A program made the position numbers and the translations under genes. From NCBI GenBank assembly GCA_017997335.1, contig JAGOFG010000001.1, positions 1-50,541 of the forward strand: 50,541 bases of DNA. The letters are read 5' to 3'. This stretch comes from Flavobacterium sp. GTDB taxonomy: Bacteria > Bacteroidota > Bacteroidia > Flavobacteriales > Flavobacteriaceae. This document shows, in pieces, positions 6,875 through 15,714 of the stretch. A model generated the notes under the pieces. The model was not told the DNA's origin, did not search any database, and saw only the letters and a program-made list of their open reading frames with translations. Within the stretch, counting starts at the first letter, position 1. Each line of letters begins with the position of its first letter.

Positions 6875-9075
6875 CCAACGTTTTTTGCATCATATATTAA
6901 TGTACTCATTGCTTTAAAAAGCTTCGATTGATCAAATGGTTTGATAATTATATCATTCATTCCTGCAGAAATAGCCTCTTCTGAGATTTCTTCTTTATCA
7001 AAAGCCGTTAAAGCAATAATTGGAGTGGTAATGTTTTTATTTCTTATCAAACGGGTAGTTTCAAACCCATTCAATAATGGCATATTAATATCCATTAAAA
7101 TAATATCAAAAATTTCGGTTTCAAGAATTTTCAAAGCTTCATATCCGTCATCAACTACGCAACATTTATAGAGATTTTTTTCCATTATCTTTTTTGTTAC
7201 CAATTGATTTATTCTATTATCCTCAACTACCAATACTTTAAAGATTTGACTGGTTGACAAATCAACTCTAATATTGTTTATTAAATCATTCGTTTTATCA
7301 AGATCACTTTCAAAAGGTATACTAAAACTAAATGTTGTTCCCTGTCCAATTGCACTCTCTAAAGTAATCTCACTTCCAAATAGATATAATAATCGCTTAA
7401 CAATCGACAATCCAAGTCCTGTTCCTTGATAATCTGTATCATTTCGACCTACTTGAACAAATTTATCAAAGATTTTATCTTGGTCTACAGCAGCAATTCC
7501 TACTCCAGTATCTTTTATTTTAAAACCAATATGATTTATTTTTCCTTCCTTCTTTTCTAAAACAACATGTATTGAAATTATTCCGTTTTTTGTAAACTTC
7601 AACGCATTGCTTACTAAATTCATAATAATTTGAGAGAAACGTAACTTATCTCCAATCACGTATTCTGGGATTTTGGGGTCAACCAGCAACTCCACTTTAT
7701 TTTTATTGTTTTGAGACAAAAAGGACAGAGAAAGAATAATCATTTCTATTTCATCATAAATATTAAAAGTCATACTCTCAAGTACTACCCTATTTTCTTC
7801 AATTTTATTAATTTGTAAAATATCATTTACTAGGGAAAGTAAATATCGTGCAGAAAACTTTAAGGAACTTAAATGCTGACTTTTGGATAAATCTTTATAT
7901 TCATCAATAAGCATGTTTGTGATTCCAATTACTCCATATAGAGGCGTTCTCAACTCATGACTAATTGTGGAAACAAATTGAGATTTCATTTGTGAAGCTT
8001 CTTCAGCTTTTTCTTTAGCCAATAACAAATCATTATTGGCGATGGTCAATTCTCTATTAACTTTTCTTTTAAAACTATTGTTTCTTATCAAAGTAAAAAT
8101 CAACATTAGTAAAACAAAAAAAACTATTACAAATAAAATAACAATAATTTTAGATTTTCTAAGGTTTTGATTTTGAGCTTCTTTTATGAGCTCTATTTTT
8201 GTCAACTCCCTTTTGTATTCATCAAGCTCAAGATTCAAGCCAGCTATAGAAGCTTTAAAAAGTTTATCTTCATTGTATATTTTGTCTTTAATTTCATTGA
8301 ATTTATCCAAATGAATATAAGCTTCTTTATAATTGCCCATTCTAAAAAGCATTTTTGAAAACTCATTATGTGCATAAGAAACATCATTCAACTCATTGAA
8401 TTCGTATCCTAACGAAATTGCTTTTTCAAAAAACACTCTTGCTTTTTTGTAATTACCAATATGAGAACTATACATGCCATTAATCATTTGGTAAACAACG
8501 CTCAAAGCATCATTTCCATATTGCTTAAAATTGGCATTACAATAATTTAAATACAACAAACCTTCTTCAAAATTAGACTTATCGAAATAAGCCCATGTAA
8601 GATTTAAGCTAGTAAGTAAAGTGTAGGTATGATTGGAAATGTTTTGGCTATGAAAAATAGCTTTTTTATAATGCTTAATTCCTAGTTCATATTGTCCTTT
8701 TTCAAAACAATATAAATTTCCTAAATTATTATTAGCCTTAAATCTTAGGCTATCATTTGTAGTTTTGTTAGCATAAAACAATGCTTTCTTATAATATTCA
8801 ATCGATTTATCAAACTCCGAAAATTCATTGTAATTAGAACCAATAGTATTGTAAGAAGCAGCTATCAATATACTATCATTCATTAATAATGCTTGTTTTA
8901 AAACCTCTCTTGATAGCAATAGAGACTTTTCAAAATCTTGTTCCCTGAAGTATTTAGTCGCCTGTCTTGATTTTTGTAAAAGACTATTTCTTACAAAATC
9001 AGCATTTTGAGCAGTTAAAAAAGAATTTAAGCTGAAAAATAAAACAAAGAATAATACAACTCGATTTGGGAACAT
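6871..9075 (-). CDS. Hybrid sensor histidine kinase/response regulator with extracytoplasmic TPR domain
   Basis: Signal peptide, TPR-like repeats, one TM helix, H-box SHELRTPL, N-box NLVSNALKFT, DTGVG and GTGLGL boxes, receiver VEDN...LMDINMP...KP. Confidence 0.92.
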   Translation of the reverse strand: MFPNRVVLFFVLFFSLNSFLTAQNADFVRNSLLQKSRQATKYFREQDFEKSLLLSREVLKQALLMNDSILIAASYNTIGSNYNEFSEFDKSIEYYKKALFYANKTTNDSLRFKANNNLGNLYCFEKGQYELGIKHYKKAIFHSQNISNHTYTLLTSLNLTWAYFDKSNFEEGLLYLNYCNANFKQYGNDALSVVYQMINGMYSSHIGNYKKARVFFEKAISLGYEFNELNDVSYAHNEFSKMLFRMGNYKEAYIHLDKFNEIKDKIYNEDKLFKASIAGLNLELDEYKRELTKIELIKEAQNQNLRKSKIIVILFVIVFFVLLMLIFTLIRNNSFKRKVNRELTIANNDLLLAKEKAEEASQMKSQFVSTISHELRTPLYGVIGITNMLIDEYKDLSKSQHLSSLKFSARYLLSLVNDILQINKIEENRVVLESMTFNIYDEIEMIILSLSFLSQNNKNKVELLVDPKIPEYVIGDKLRFSQIIMNLVSNALKFTKNGIISIHVVLEKKEGKINHIGFKIKDTGVGIAAVDQDKIFDKFVQVGRNDTDYQGTGLGLSIVKRLLYLFGSEITLESAIGQGTTFSFSIPFESDLDKTNDLINNIRVDLSTSQIFKVLVVEDNRINQLVTKKIMEKNLYKCCVVDDGYEALKILETEIFDIILMDINMPLLNGFETTRLIRNKNITTPIIALTAFDKEEISEEAISAGMNDIIIKPFDQSKLFKAMSTLIYDAKNVG

Positions 9076-9093
9076 AACCGCTCATTATTTATT

Positions 9094-9101
9094 CAAATAT
9101 A
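9094..9101 (-). promoter_or_regulatory. -7 promoter box for the hybrid kinase
   Basis: TATATTTG, 18 nt upstream of the ATG. Confidence 0.6.
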
Positions 9102-9201
9102 CATTTATATATAAATAAATAATCATTTAATTTTAGAAATTTATTGAAGTAATTTAAAAATTATCACAATTTAACACGTATAATGTTATTTTATTAAGAC
9201 T

Positions 9202-9232
9202 AAAAAAACCTGCTTAATTTACTAAGCAGGTT
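9202..9232 (-). terminator. Intrinsic terminator after the symporter
   Basis: AACCTGCTTA/TAAGCAGGTT stem with a T7 tail on the minus strand. Confidence 0.82.
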
Positions 9233-9256
9233 CTATTAAAAAAATATGATTCTATT

Positions 9257-10513
9257 TTATTTATCTTCTTCCCATTTTCCAACTACGGAAGTAGCCAATG
9301 CATTTCCTAATACATTTGTAGCACTTCTAAACATATCGCAAAAATGGTCTATTGGAAGAATTAAAGCAATTCCTTCTACAGGAATATCAAACATTCCACA
9401 AGTAGCAGCTACTACTACCAAACTAGCTCTTGGTACTCCAGCAATCCCTTTACTAGTCAACATCAAAACAAATAACATTGTAAATTGAGTTGGCAAATCC
9501 AAATGAATCCCATATGCCTGAGCAATAAAAATACCAGCAAATGTCATGTACATCATACTTCCATCAAGATTAAATGAATAACCAAGTGGTAGCATAAAAG
9601 AAACGATTTTATCTTTTACCCCAAAATTCTCTAATTCTTCGGTTAATTTTGGAAAAACAGCTTCAGAACTTGTAGTACCAAATGCAATAATCAATGGACT
9701 AACTATTCGTTGCAACAAAACTTTCATTTGTTTTCCCAAGAAGAAATAACCAACTAAAATAAGTATAACCCACAAAGTACTTATTCCAATCAAAAACGAA
9801 CCGAAAAACTTAAAATAAGTAATCGCTAGTTCATTAAAATCTCTTACAGCAAAAACACCAGCAATTGCACCAAAAACACCAATAGGAGCAAAATTCATAA
9901 CAAAATTCACCATTTTTAAAACAATATGTGAAATCTTATCCATTGCATTGACAATAGGTTTTGCAGTTTCTCCTAATGAAGCAGCAGCTAATCCAAAAAA
10001 TATTGAAAAAACAACAATTTGAAGGATTTCGTTTGTGGCCATCGCTTCAAAAATACTTTTAGGAACAATATGCTCGATGAAGTTATTAAAGGAAAGATTT
10101 TGTGTTTTTGAAGTAACATCAGATACTGAAGCAGCATCTACATTTGAAAGATTCAATCCAACACCAGGCTCTAAAATATTCACATAGAACATCCCTATTA
10201 AAAGAGAAATAAAAGAAGCAGTAAAAAACCATCCTAAAGCTTTTCCTCCAATTCTTCCAACTGCCTTTATATCACCCAATTTTGCTATTCCTACAACAAG
10301 AGTTGTAAAAACTAATGGAGAAATAATCATTTGAACCAAACGAATGAATACAGTTGCCAAAATCTTTATTTTGTTACTAAATTCTTGGGCTGTTTCTGTC
10401 GATGCAGAATTATGTATTACTACACCTAATACAGCACCCAATAGCATAGCAATTAAGATTTGTCCTGTTAGACTTTTGAAAAAAGGTTTCTTAGAAGTTT
10501 GGTTTGATTCCAT
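9257..10513 (-). CDS. Dicarboxylate/amino acid:cation symporter (GltP/DctA family)
   Basis: AFGTTSSEA, LPLGYSFNLDGS, SKGIAGVPRA and DMFRSATNVLGN signature motifs. Confidence 0.93.
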   Translation of the reverse strand: MESNQTSKKPFFKSLTGQILIAMLLGAVLGVVIHNSASTETAQEFSNKIKILATVFIRLVQMIISPLVFTTLVVGIAKLGDIKAVGRIGGKALGWFFTASFISLLIGMFYVNILEPGVGLNLSNVDAASVSDVTSKTQNLSFNNFIEHIVPKSIFEAMATNEILQIVVFSIFFGLAAASLGETAKPIVNAMDKISHIVLKMVNFVMNFAPIGVFGAIAGVFAVRDFNELAITYFKFFGSFLIGISTLWVILILVGYFFLGKQMKVLLQRIVSPLIIAFGTTSSEAVFPKLTEELENFGVKDKIVSFMLPLGYSFNLDGSMMYMTFAGIFIAQAYGIHLDLPTQFTMLFVLMLTSKGIAGVPRASLVVVAATCGMFDIPVEGIALILPIDHFCDMFRSATNVLGNALATSVVGKWEEDK

Positions 10514-10576
10514 TGGTTGTTTAAAAATTAATTTGAAAGTATTTAGCTCGTTAAAATACTAAAATATAATTTGAAT

Positions 10577-11638
10577 CTATAAATAAGTCTTGTTTAACAA
10601 ATAGAAATCTGCCAAAACAATTGCTGCCATTGCTTCAACAATTGGAACTGCTCTTGGAACAACACAAGGGTCGTGTCTTCCTTTTCCAGTCATTTCTACT
10701 ATATTTCCTTGATTATCTATTGTTTCTTGCATTTGCATAATTGTAGCAACAGGTTTAAAAGCTACTCGGAAATATATATCCATTCCGTTACTAATACCAC
10801 CTTGAATTCCACCAGACAGATTTGTTTTTGTGGTACCATCTGCATTATACAAGTCATTGTGTTCGCTACCCTTCATTTTAGCTCCGCAAAAACCACTTCC
10901 ATATTCAAAACCTTTAACAGCATTAATAGAAAGCATGGCTTTTCCTAACTCAGCGTGTAATTTATCAAAAACTGGTTCTCCTAATCCAACAGGAACGTTT
11001 TGAATTACACAAGTTACAGTTCCACCAACGGTGTCGCCTTGCTTGCGAATATCTCTAATATACTCTTCCATTTTCGCTGCCATCTCTTCATCAGGACAAC
11101 GAACAGGGTTACTCTCAATTTTTGAAAAATCAATGTCTTGATAAGGTTTCTCGAGAAAAAGAGGTCCTACTGAAGATACGAAAGCATTGATTTTAATATT
11201 GGAAAGCATTTGTTTTGCAATAGCACCAGCCACAACTCTACTAGCTGTTTCTCTAGCAGAACTTCTTCCGCCGCCTCTATAATCACGTGCACCATACTTT
11301 TGGTCATAAACGTAATCCGCATGGCTAGGGCGATAATTATCTTTTATATGAGAATAATCATCAGACTTCTGATTCGTGTTGGGAATAATAAAACCAATAG
11401 GAGTACCTGTAGTTTTTCCTTCAAAAATTCCAGATAAAAACTGTACTGCGTCTGGTTCTTTTCTTTGAGTTACAATAGCGGATTGACCTGGCTTTCTCCT
11501 TGCCATTTCTAATTCTATCGCTTCAAAATCAATTGTGATTCCTGGAGGACAACCATCAATGATTCCGCCAAGAGCTTCTCCGTGTGATTCTCCAAAAGTA
11601 GTTATCTTATATAGTGTTCCGTAACTATTTCCTGCCAT
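10577..11638 (-). CDS. aroC: Chorismate synthase
   Basis: [37 protein letters not shown]. Confidence 0.97.
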   Translation of the reverse strand: MAGNSYGTLYKITTFGESHGEALGGIIDGCPPGITIDFEAIELEMARRKPGQSAIVTQRKEPDAVQFLSGIFEGKTTGTPIGFIIPNTNQKSDDYSHIKDNYRPSHADYVYDQKYGARDYRGGGRSSARETASRVVAGAIAKQMLSNIKINAFVSSVGPLFLEKPYQDIDFSKIESNPVRCPDEEMAAKMEEYIRDIRKQGDTVGGTVTCVIQNVPVGLGEPVFDKLHAELGKAMLSINAVKGFEYGSGFCGAKMKGSEHNDLYNADGTTKTNLSGGIQGGISNGMDIYFRVAFKPVATIMQMQETIDNQGNIVEMTGKGRHDPCVVPRAVPIVEAMAAIVLADFYLLNKTYL

Positions 11639-11654
11639 TTTAAAAATTTTTAAG

Positions 11655-11662
11655 CAAATGTA
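11655..11662 (-). promoter_or_regulatory. -7 promoter box for aroC
   Basis: TACATTTG, 16 nt upstream of the ATG. Confidence 0.65.
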
Positions 11663-11999
11663 AGTTTTAAGAATTAAACAAAAAAATTTCGTTTAGGTTA
11701 TATTTTGAAATTTTTAATACAAAACAATGTTTTTTAGTTAAATTTTTCCTTTTTAAACAATAATAAAAATAAATTTAAACTATAAAGCTTTTTAAAAAGT
11801 CAATACAAATAAAACAAAAAGACAATTTGATGTAAAAACAGCCATAAACAACTTAAAAAACAAAAACAAGAAGATGAATTCTTTATTCGTTTAAACATCT
11901 TTTTTTTGTTAAAAAAATAAAATAAATTATGAGTACTTATATTTTTTTTAACTTTACCTACGTTAACTTCATAAATACTAATTATTTAAACTACAAATT

Positions 12000-12431
12000 A
12001 TGAAAAAATTACTTTTAGGAATGTTTTTTATGGGCGTATCACATTTTGCTAGTGCACAAGAAATTGGTGTTAGATTTGGAGATGTTACTGGTAATGATGT
12101 TGCAGTAGATGCTGTATTCTCTGCTGGTAAATTTAGCCGTATTCACGCAGATGTTTCTTTCGGCAACGGAGGAGTTGGTGTAGAAGCGCTATATGATTTT
12201 ATCTACAGACCTCTTGAAGGAGAATCTTTTAATTGGTATTTAGGTGTTGGACCTTCTGCTTTTATTGGAGATGATTTCTTATTAGGTGCAAGTGGTGAAA
12301 TTGGTCTTGAATACAAATTCAAAGGAGCTCCAATAGCCTTAGGTTTAGATTGGAGACCTACACTTTGGATTGTTGAAGACACTGACTTTCACGCAGGAGG
12401 ATTCGGACTTAACTTAAGATATGTATTTTAA
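12000..12431 (+). CDS. Small outer-membrane beta-barrel protein
   Basis: Signal peptide (ASA|Q), about 8 short amphipathic strands, C-terminal beta-signal GLNLRYVF. Confidence 0.8.
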   Translation: MKKLLLGMFFMGVSHFASAQEIGVRFGDVTGNDVAVDAVFSAGKFSRIHADVSFGNGGVGVEALYDFIYRPLEGESFNWYLGVGPSAFIGDDFLLGASGEIGLEYKFKGAPIALGLDWRPTLWIVEDTDFHAGGFGLNLRYVF

Positions 12432-12447
12432 TCTTTATCAAACTAAT

Positions 12448-12479
12448 AAAAAAGGGAAGCAGTTTTGCTTCCCTTTTTT
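12448..12479. terminator. Bidirectional intrinsic terminator
   Basis: A6-GGGAAGCA-gttt-TGCTTCCC-T6; it touches the bshA stop codon. Confidence 0.88.
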
Positions 12480-13611
12480 ATTGGTATTTTTGAATTGCTC
12501 GATGATAGAGATCTTCATATAAGGGCAAGATTTTCTTTATATCAAATTTTTCAGCAATGCTTAAAGCATTTCTCTTAAATTTATTTAAAACATCATCATC
12601 TTTTAAAATTGTTAAGGCATTTTTAGCCATTTCATCAACATTGCCAACATCACTTAAAAAACCTGAAAAACCATCAAAATTGACTTCAGGTAAACCACCA
12701 GAATTACTAGAAATAACAGGTACAGAACAGGCCATAGCTTCAAGAGCTACTAATCCAAAACTTTCGGTTTGAGAAGGCAACAAAAATAAATCTGTAAGAC
12801 ACAAAATTTTATCAATTTCATTACTGTTCCCAAAAAAGATTACTTTGTCTTGAATTCCTAACTCAAAACAAAGTTCTTCGGCTTTTTCTTTTTCAGGCCC
12901 ATCCCCAACCATCATTAATTTGGCAGGTATCTCTTTTTGAATTTTATAAAATATCTTAACAACATCAGGAATTCTCTTTACTCCTCTAAAATTACTAATG
13001 TGAGTAATTATTCTTTCATCAGCTGCCGCCATTACGGATCTATGACAAGGCGTATTTGGGTCTTTTTTTTCTTTATCTAAATCAATAAAATTAGGGATCA
13101 CCTGAATTTCATTTTTAATAGAAAATAATTTAAGCGTATCCGCTTTTAGACTCTCAGAAACCGAGGTTACAAAATCAGATTTATTGATACTAAAAGTAAC
13201 AGCCGGTTTGTAAAAAGGATGATTTCCAACCAAAGTAATATCAGTACCATGTAATGTAGTAACCATAGGTATGTTTATACCCTCGTCTTTAAGCATTTGT
13301 TTAGCCATGTAACCTGCATAAGCATGAGGAATGGCATAATGTACATGAAGCACATCTATTTTGTATAGCTTTACCATATCAACTAGCTTACTGGAAAGCG
13401 CAAGTTCATAGGGTTGGTAATGAAATAATGGATATTCTGGAACATTCACTTGGTGGTAATGCACATTTGGATTTAAAAGTGCTAAACGAACTGGTTGACT
13501 ATATGTTATGAAGTGAATTTCGTGTCCCCTTCTTGCTAGTTCAAGACCTAATTCTGTTGCTACAACACCACTTCCACCAAATGTGGGATAACAAACAATT
13601 GCTATTTTCAT
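12478..13611 (-). CDS. bshA: N-acetyl-alpha-D-glucosaminyl L-malate synthase (bacillithiol biosynthesis, GT4)
   Basis: CYPTFGGSGVVATELG, HVHYAIPHA, TTLHGTDITLVG, HISNFR..KR, ESFGLVALEAM. Confidence 0.93.
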   Translation of the reverse strand: MKIAIVCYPTFGGSGVVATELGLELARRGHEIHFITYSQPVRLALLNPNVHYHQVNVPEYPLFHYQPYELALSSKLVDMVKLYKIDVLHVHYAIPHAYAGYMAKQMLKDEGINIPMVTTLHGTDITLVGNHPFYKPAVTFSINKSDFVTSVSESLKADTLKLFSIKNEIQVIPNFIDLDKEKKDPNTPCHRSVMAAADERIITHISNFRGVKRIPDVVKIFYKIQKEIPAKLMMVGDGPEKEKAEELCFELGIQDKVIFFGNSNEIDKILCLTDLFLLPSQTESFGLVALEAMACSVPVISSNSGGLPEVNFDGFSGFLSDVGNVDEMAKNALTILKDDDVLNKFKRNALSIAEKFDIKKILPLYEDLYHRAIQKYQ

Positions 13612-13680
13612 GTATTTATTTTAGGGTAACGAATTTACTCAAAAATGAGTTATTAAAAGTTAAGAAAAGTTAAAAATGAA

Positions 13681-14283
13681 CTATAATTGTTCTTTACTTT
13701 TTTTCTTATTCAACCATTTATTGATTTTATAAGTTAGATAGGCTGAACCACTACCAACAAGAGCTCCAGCTATAACATCTGTAGGATAATGAACACCTAG
13801 ATGCATTCTTGAATAGCCAACAGCAGATGCCCATACAAAAGATGGCGCAATAACATACCATTTGGGATAAGCAATACTCAAAGAAGTAGCTGTCGCAAAA
13901 GCAATGGAAGTGTGTCCTGAAGGCATAGAATATCCGCCAGCAGAACTTAATTTTTCAATTTCTGGATAGGTGACAAAAGGTCGATCTCTTTTAATTGCTT
14001 CTTTTAAGACAATGGTCACAAATACTGAAGCAGCGACCGATTCTCCAATAAAAATGGCATCTTTTTTTAATTGCACATCCTTGTTAATTAATCCAACTGC
14101 ATACATTGTAAGAGGTGTACCAATACTAACAATAGCATAACTATTGGTAATATGTTTAAATGTAGGGTCTAAATTCTCATTGCGATTCAAATTGACTGAA
14201 CGCAAAGTATTTATATCAAAGTTTTGCCCAAACAAAGTTGATGTAAATAATACTAAAATAAGTAAAAAAGATTGTCTTACCAT
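13681..14283 (-). CDS. PAP2 family phosphatase
   Basis: KxxxxxxRP (KEAIKRDRP), PSGH, SRMHLGVHYPTD; several TM segments. Confidence 0.92.
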   Translation of the reverse strand: MVRQSFLLILVLFTSTLFGQNFDINTLRSVNLNRNENLDPTFKHITNSYAIVSIGTPLTMYAVGLINKDVQLKKDAIFIGESVAASVFVTIVLKEAIKRDRPFVTYPEIEKLSSAGGYSMPSGHTSIAFATATSLSIAYPKWYVIAPSFVWASAVGYSRMHLGVHYPTDVIAGALVGSGSAYLTYKINKWLNKKKSKEQL

Positions 14284-14308
14284 TAAGTAATCTAAAAGAT
14301 TTTAAAAC

Positions 14309-14344
14309 AAAAAAACTAGATTAAATATCAAAATAACCTAGTTT
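14309..14344 (-). terminator. Probable weak intrinsic terminator
   Basis: Minus strand AAACTAGGTTA...TAATCTAG then T7; one G-U pair and an AT-rich stem. Confidence 0.55.
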
Positions 14345-14360
14345 CTTTTTATGTATTTAT

Positions 14361-14843
14361 TTAGAAGAACCTGCTATGCCAACTATCTGCTGCTGGGACT
14401 TCCCACGATTCATTAAATTCTTGAATATTGTTGACTAAATTGTTAAAAACAATGGTATTTTCAGTAACTGCTTTATCTTTAACCATTTTTTTAAAATCGA
14501 TTAAAGGTTTATGCGCAACGTGTTCACCTAATTTGAATGTAACATTCATCTTATCCAATAAATCTACGTCGTATTTCTTTTCTAAACTTTGGATGAATTC
14601 AACAGAGCTATCAATTGAACAACCCGTTGCAGCTTGAACTTCTTGGTTTACTGCAATAATTATAAAACGATTGTATTTTAAAAGATAAGATGACTCCAAA
14701 CTTGTACCATGAGCGGCCCAATCTTTCAAAAAAGCTTGTAATGCTTCTTCTATCTCGGTCATTTCAGCATCAGAAAACTTTCTATTAGATTGATAAATCC
14801 ATATTCTAGATTCCTCAGGTAAACTTTCAAAGGGTACGTACAT
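14361..14843 (-). CDS. Hypothetical protein with WAAHG and TGCSID motifs
   Basis: 160-aa soluble ORF starting 19 nt after the CCG gene stop; no Walker A/B motif visible. Confidence 0.8.
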   Translation of the reverse strand: MYVPFESLPEESRIWIYQSNRKFSDAEMTEIEEALQAFLKDWAAHGTSLESSYLLKYNRFIIIAVNQEVQAATGCSIDSSVEFIQSLEKKYDVDLLDKMNVTFKLGEHVAHKPLIDFKKMVKDKAVTENTIVFNNLVNNIQEFNESWEVPAADSWHSRFF

Positions 14844-14862
14844 AGTTTTGAATTAAATTCTA

Positions 14863-15654
14863 TTATAAATCTTGAGCATTAGCAATAAGTTCCGCAATGT
14901 CTAAAACTTTTACATCAGCTTCTTTTTCTTTATTTTTAATACCATCAGTAAGCATCGTATTACAGAAAGGACAGCCAGCAGCAATAATACTAGGTTGAAC
15001 TTCTAAAGCATCTTCTGTTCTTTCGATGTTTACTTCTTTGTTTCCTGGTTCAGCATCTTTAAACATCTGAGCACCACCAGCACCACAACATAATCCATTA
15101 GCTTTAGAACGCTTCATTTCAACTAATTCAGCATCTAATTTTTGAATTAAATCTCTTGGTGCTTCATAAATTTGATTCGCTCTTCCTAAATAACAAGGAT
15201 CATGGAAAGTGATTTTTTTACCTTTGAATTGACCCCCTTCAATTGTTAATCGTCCATCATCAAGTAACGATTTTAAAAATTCGGTATGATGTACTACTTC
15301 GTAATGACCACCCAATTCAGGATATTCATTTTTTAATGTATTAAAACAATGAGGACAAGCTGTTACGATTTTTTTAGCTTCGTATGCATTCAAGACCTCA
15401 ATATTCATCATAGCTTGCATTTGAAACAAAAACTCATTTCCCGCTCTCTTAGCTGGATCTCCTGTGCAACTTTCCTCTGTTCCCAAAACAGCAAAAGAAA
15501 CGTTAGATCGATTTAAAATTCTAACAAATGCTTTAGTTATTTTCTTGGCTCTATCGTCAAAACTTCCTGCACAACCTACCCAAAACAATACTTCTGGTTG
15601 TTTGCCTTGTGCTAACATTTCGGCCATTGTAGGCACTACTAAATTTTCTGACAT
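14863..15654 (-). CDS. CCG-domain Fe-S protein (HdrB/HdrD/GlpC/FadF C-terminal-like)
   Basis: Two Cys-rich domains: GC...SCTG...CPHC and DPC...CCGAGG...CPFC. Confidence 0.88.
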   Translation of the reverse strand: MSENLVVPTMAEMLAQGKQPEVLFWVGCAGSFDDRAKKITKAFVRILNRSNVSFAVLGTEESCTGDPAKRAGNEFLFQMQAMMNIEVLNAYEAKKIVTACPHCFNTLKNEYPELGGHYEVVHHTEFLKSLLDDGRLTIEGGQFKGKKITFHDPCYLGRANQIYEAPRDLIQKLDAELVEMKRSKANGLCCGAGGAQMFKDAEPGNKEVNIERTEDALEVQPSIIAAGCPFCNTMLTDGIKNKEKEADVKVLDIAELIANAQDL

Positions 15655-15714
15655 TGTATCTTGGTTATTAGTTAATGGGTTAAGTAACTAACCGATTAAA
15701 AATTTAAACTTTTG

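Noticed and set aside
8999-9085. Out-of-frame ATG 10 nt upstream of the kinase start, giving a 28-codon overlapping ORF
   Set aside because: Expected by chance; too close to the predicted TSS and no supporting features.
15660-15700. Short TAGTTA/TAACTA dyad between the Fe-S genes
   Set aside because: Too short and AT-rich to call as a repeat or terminator.
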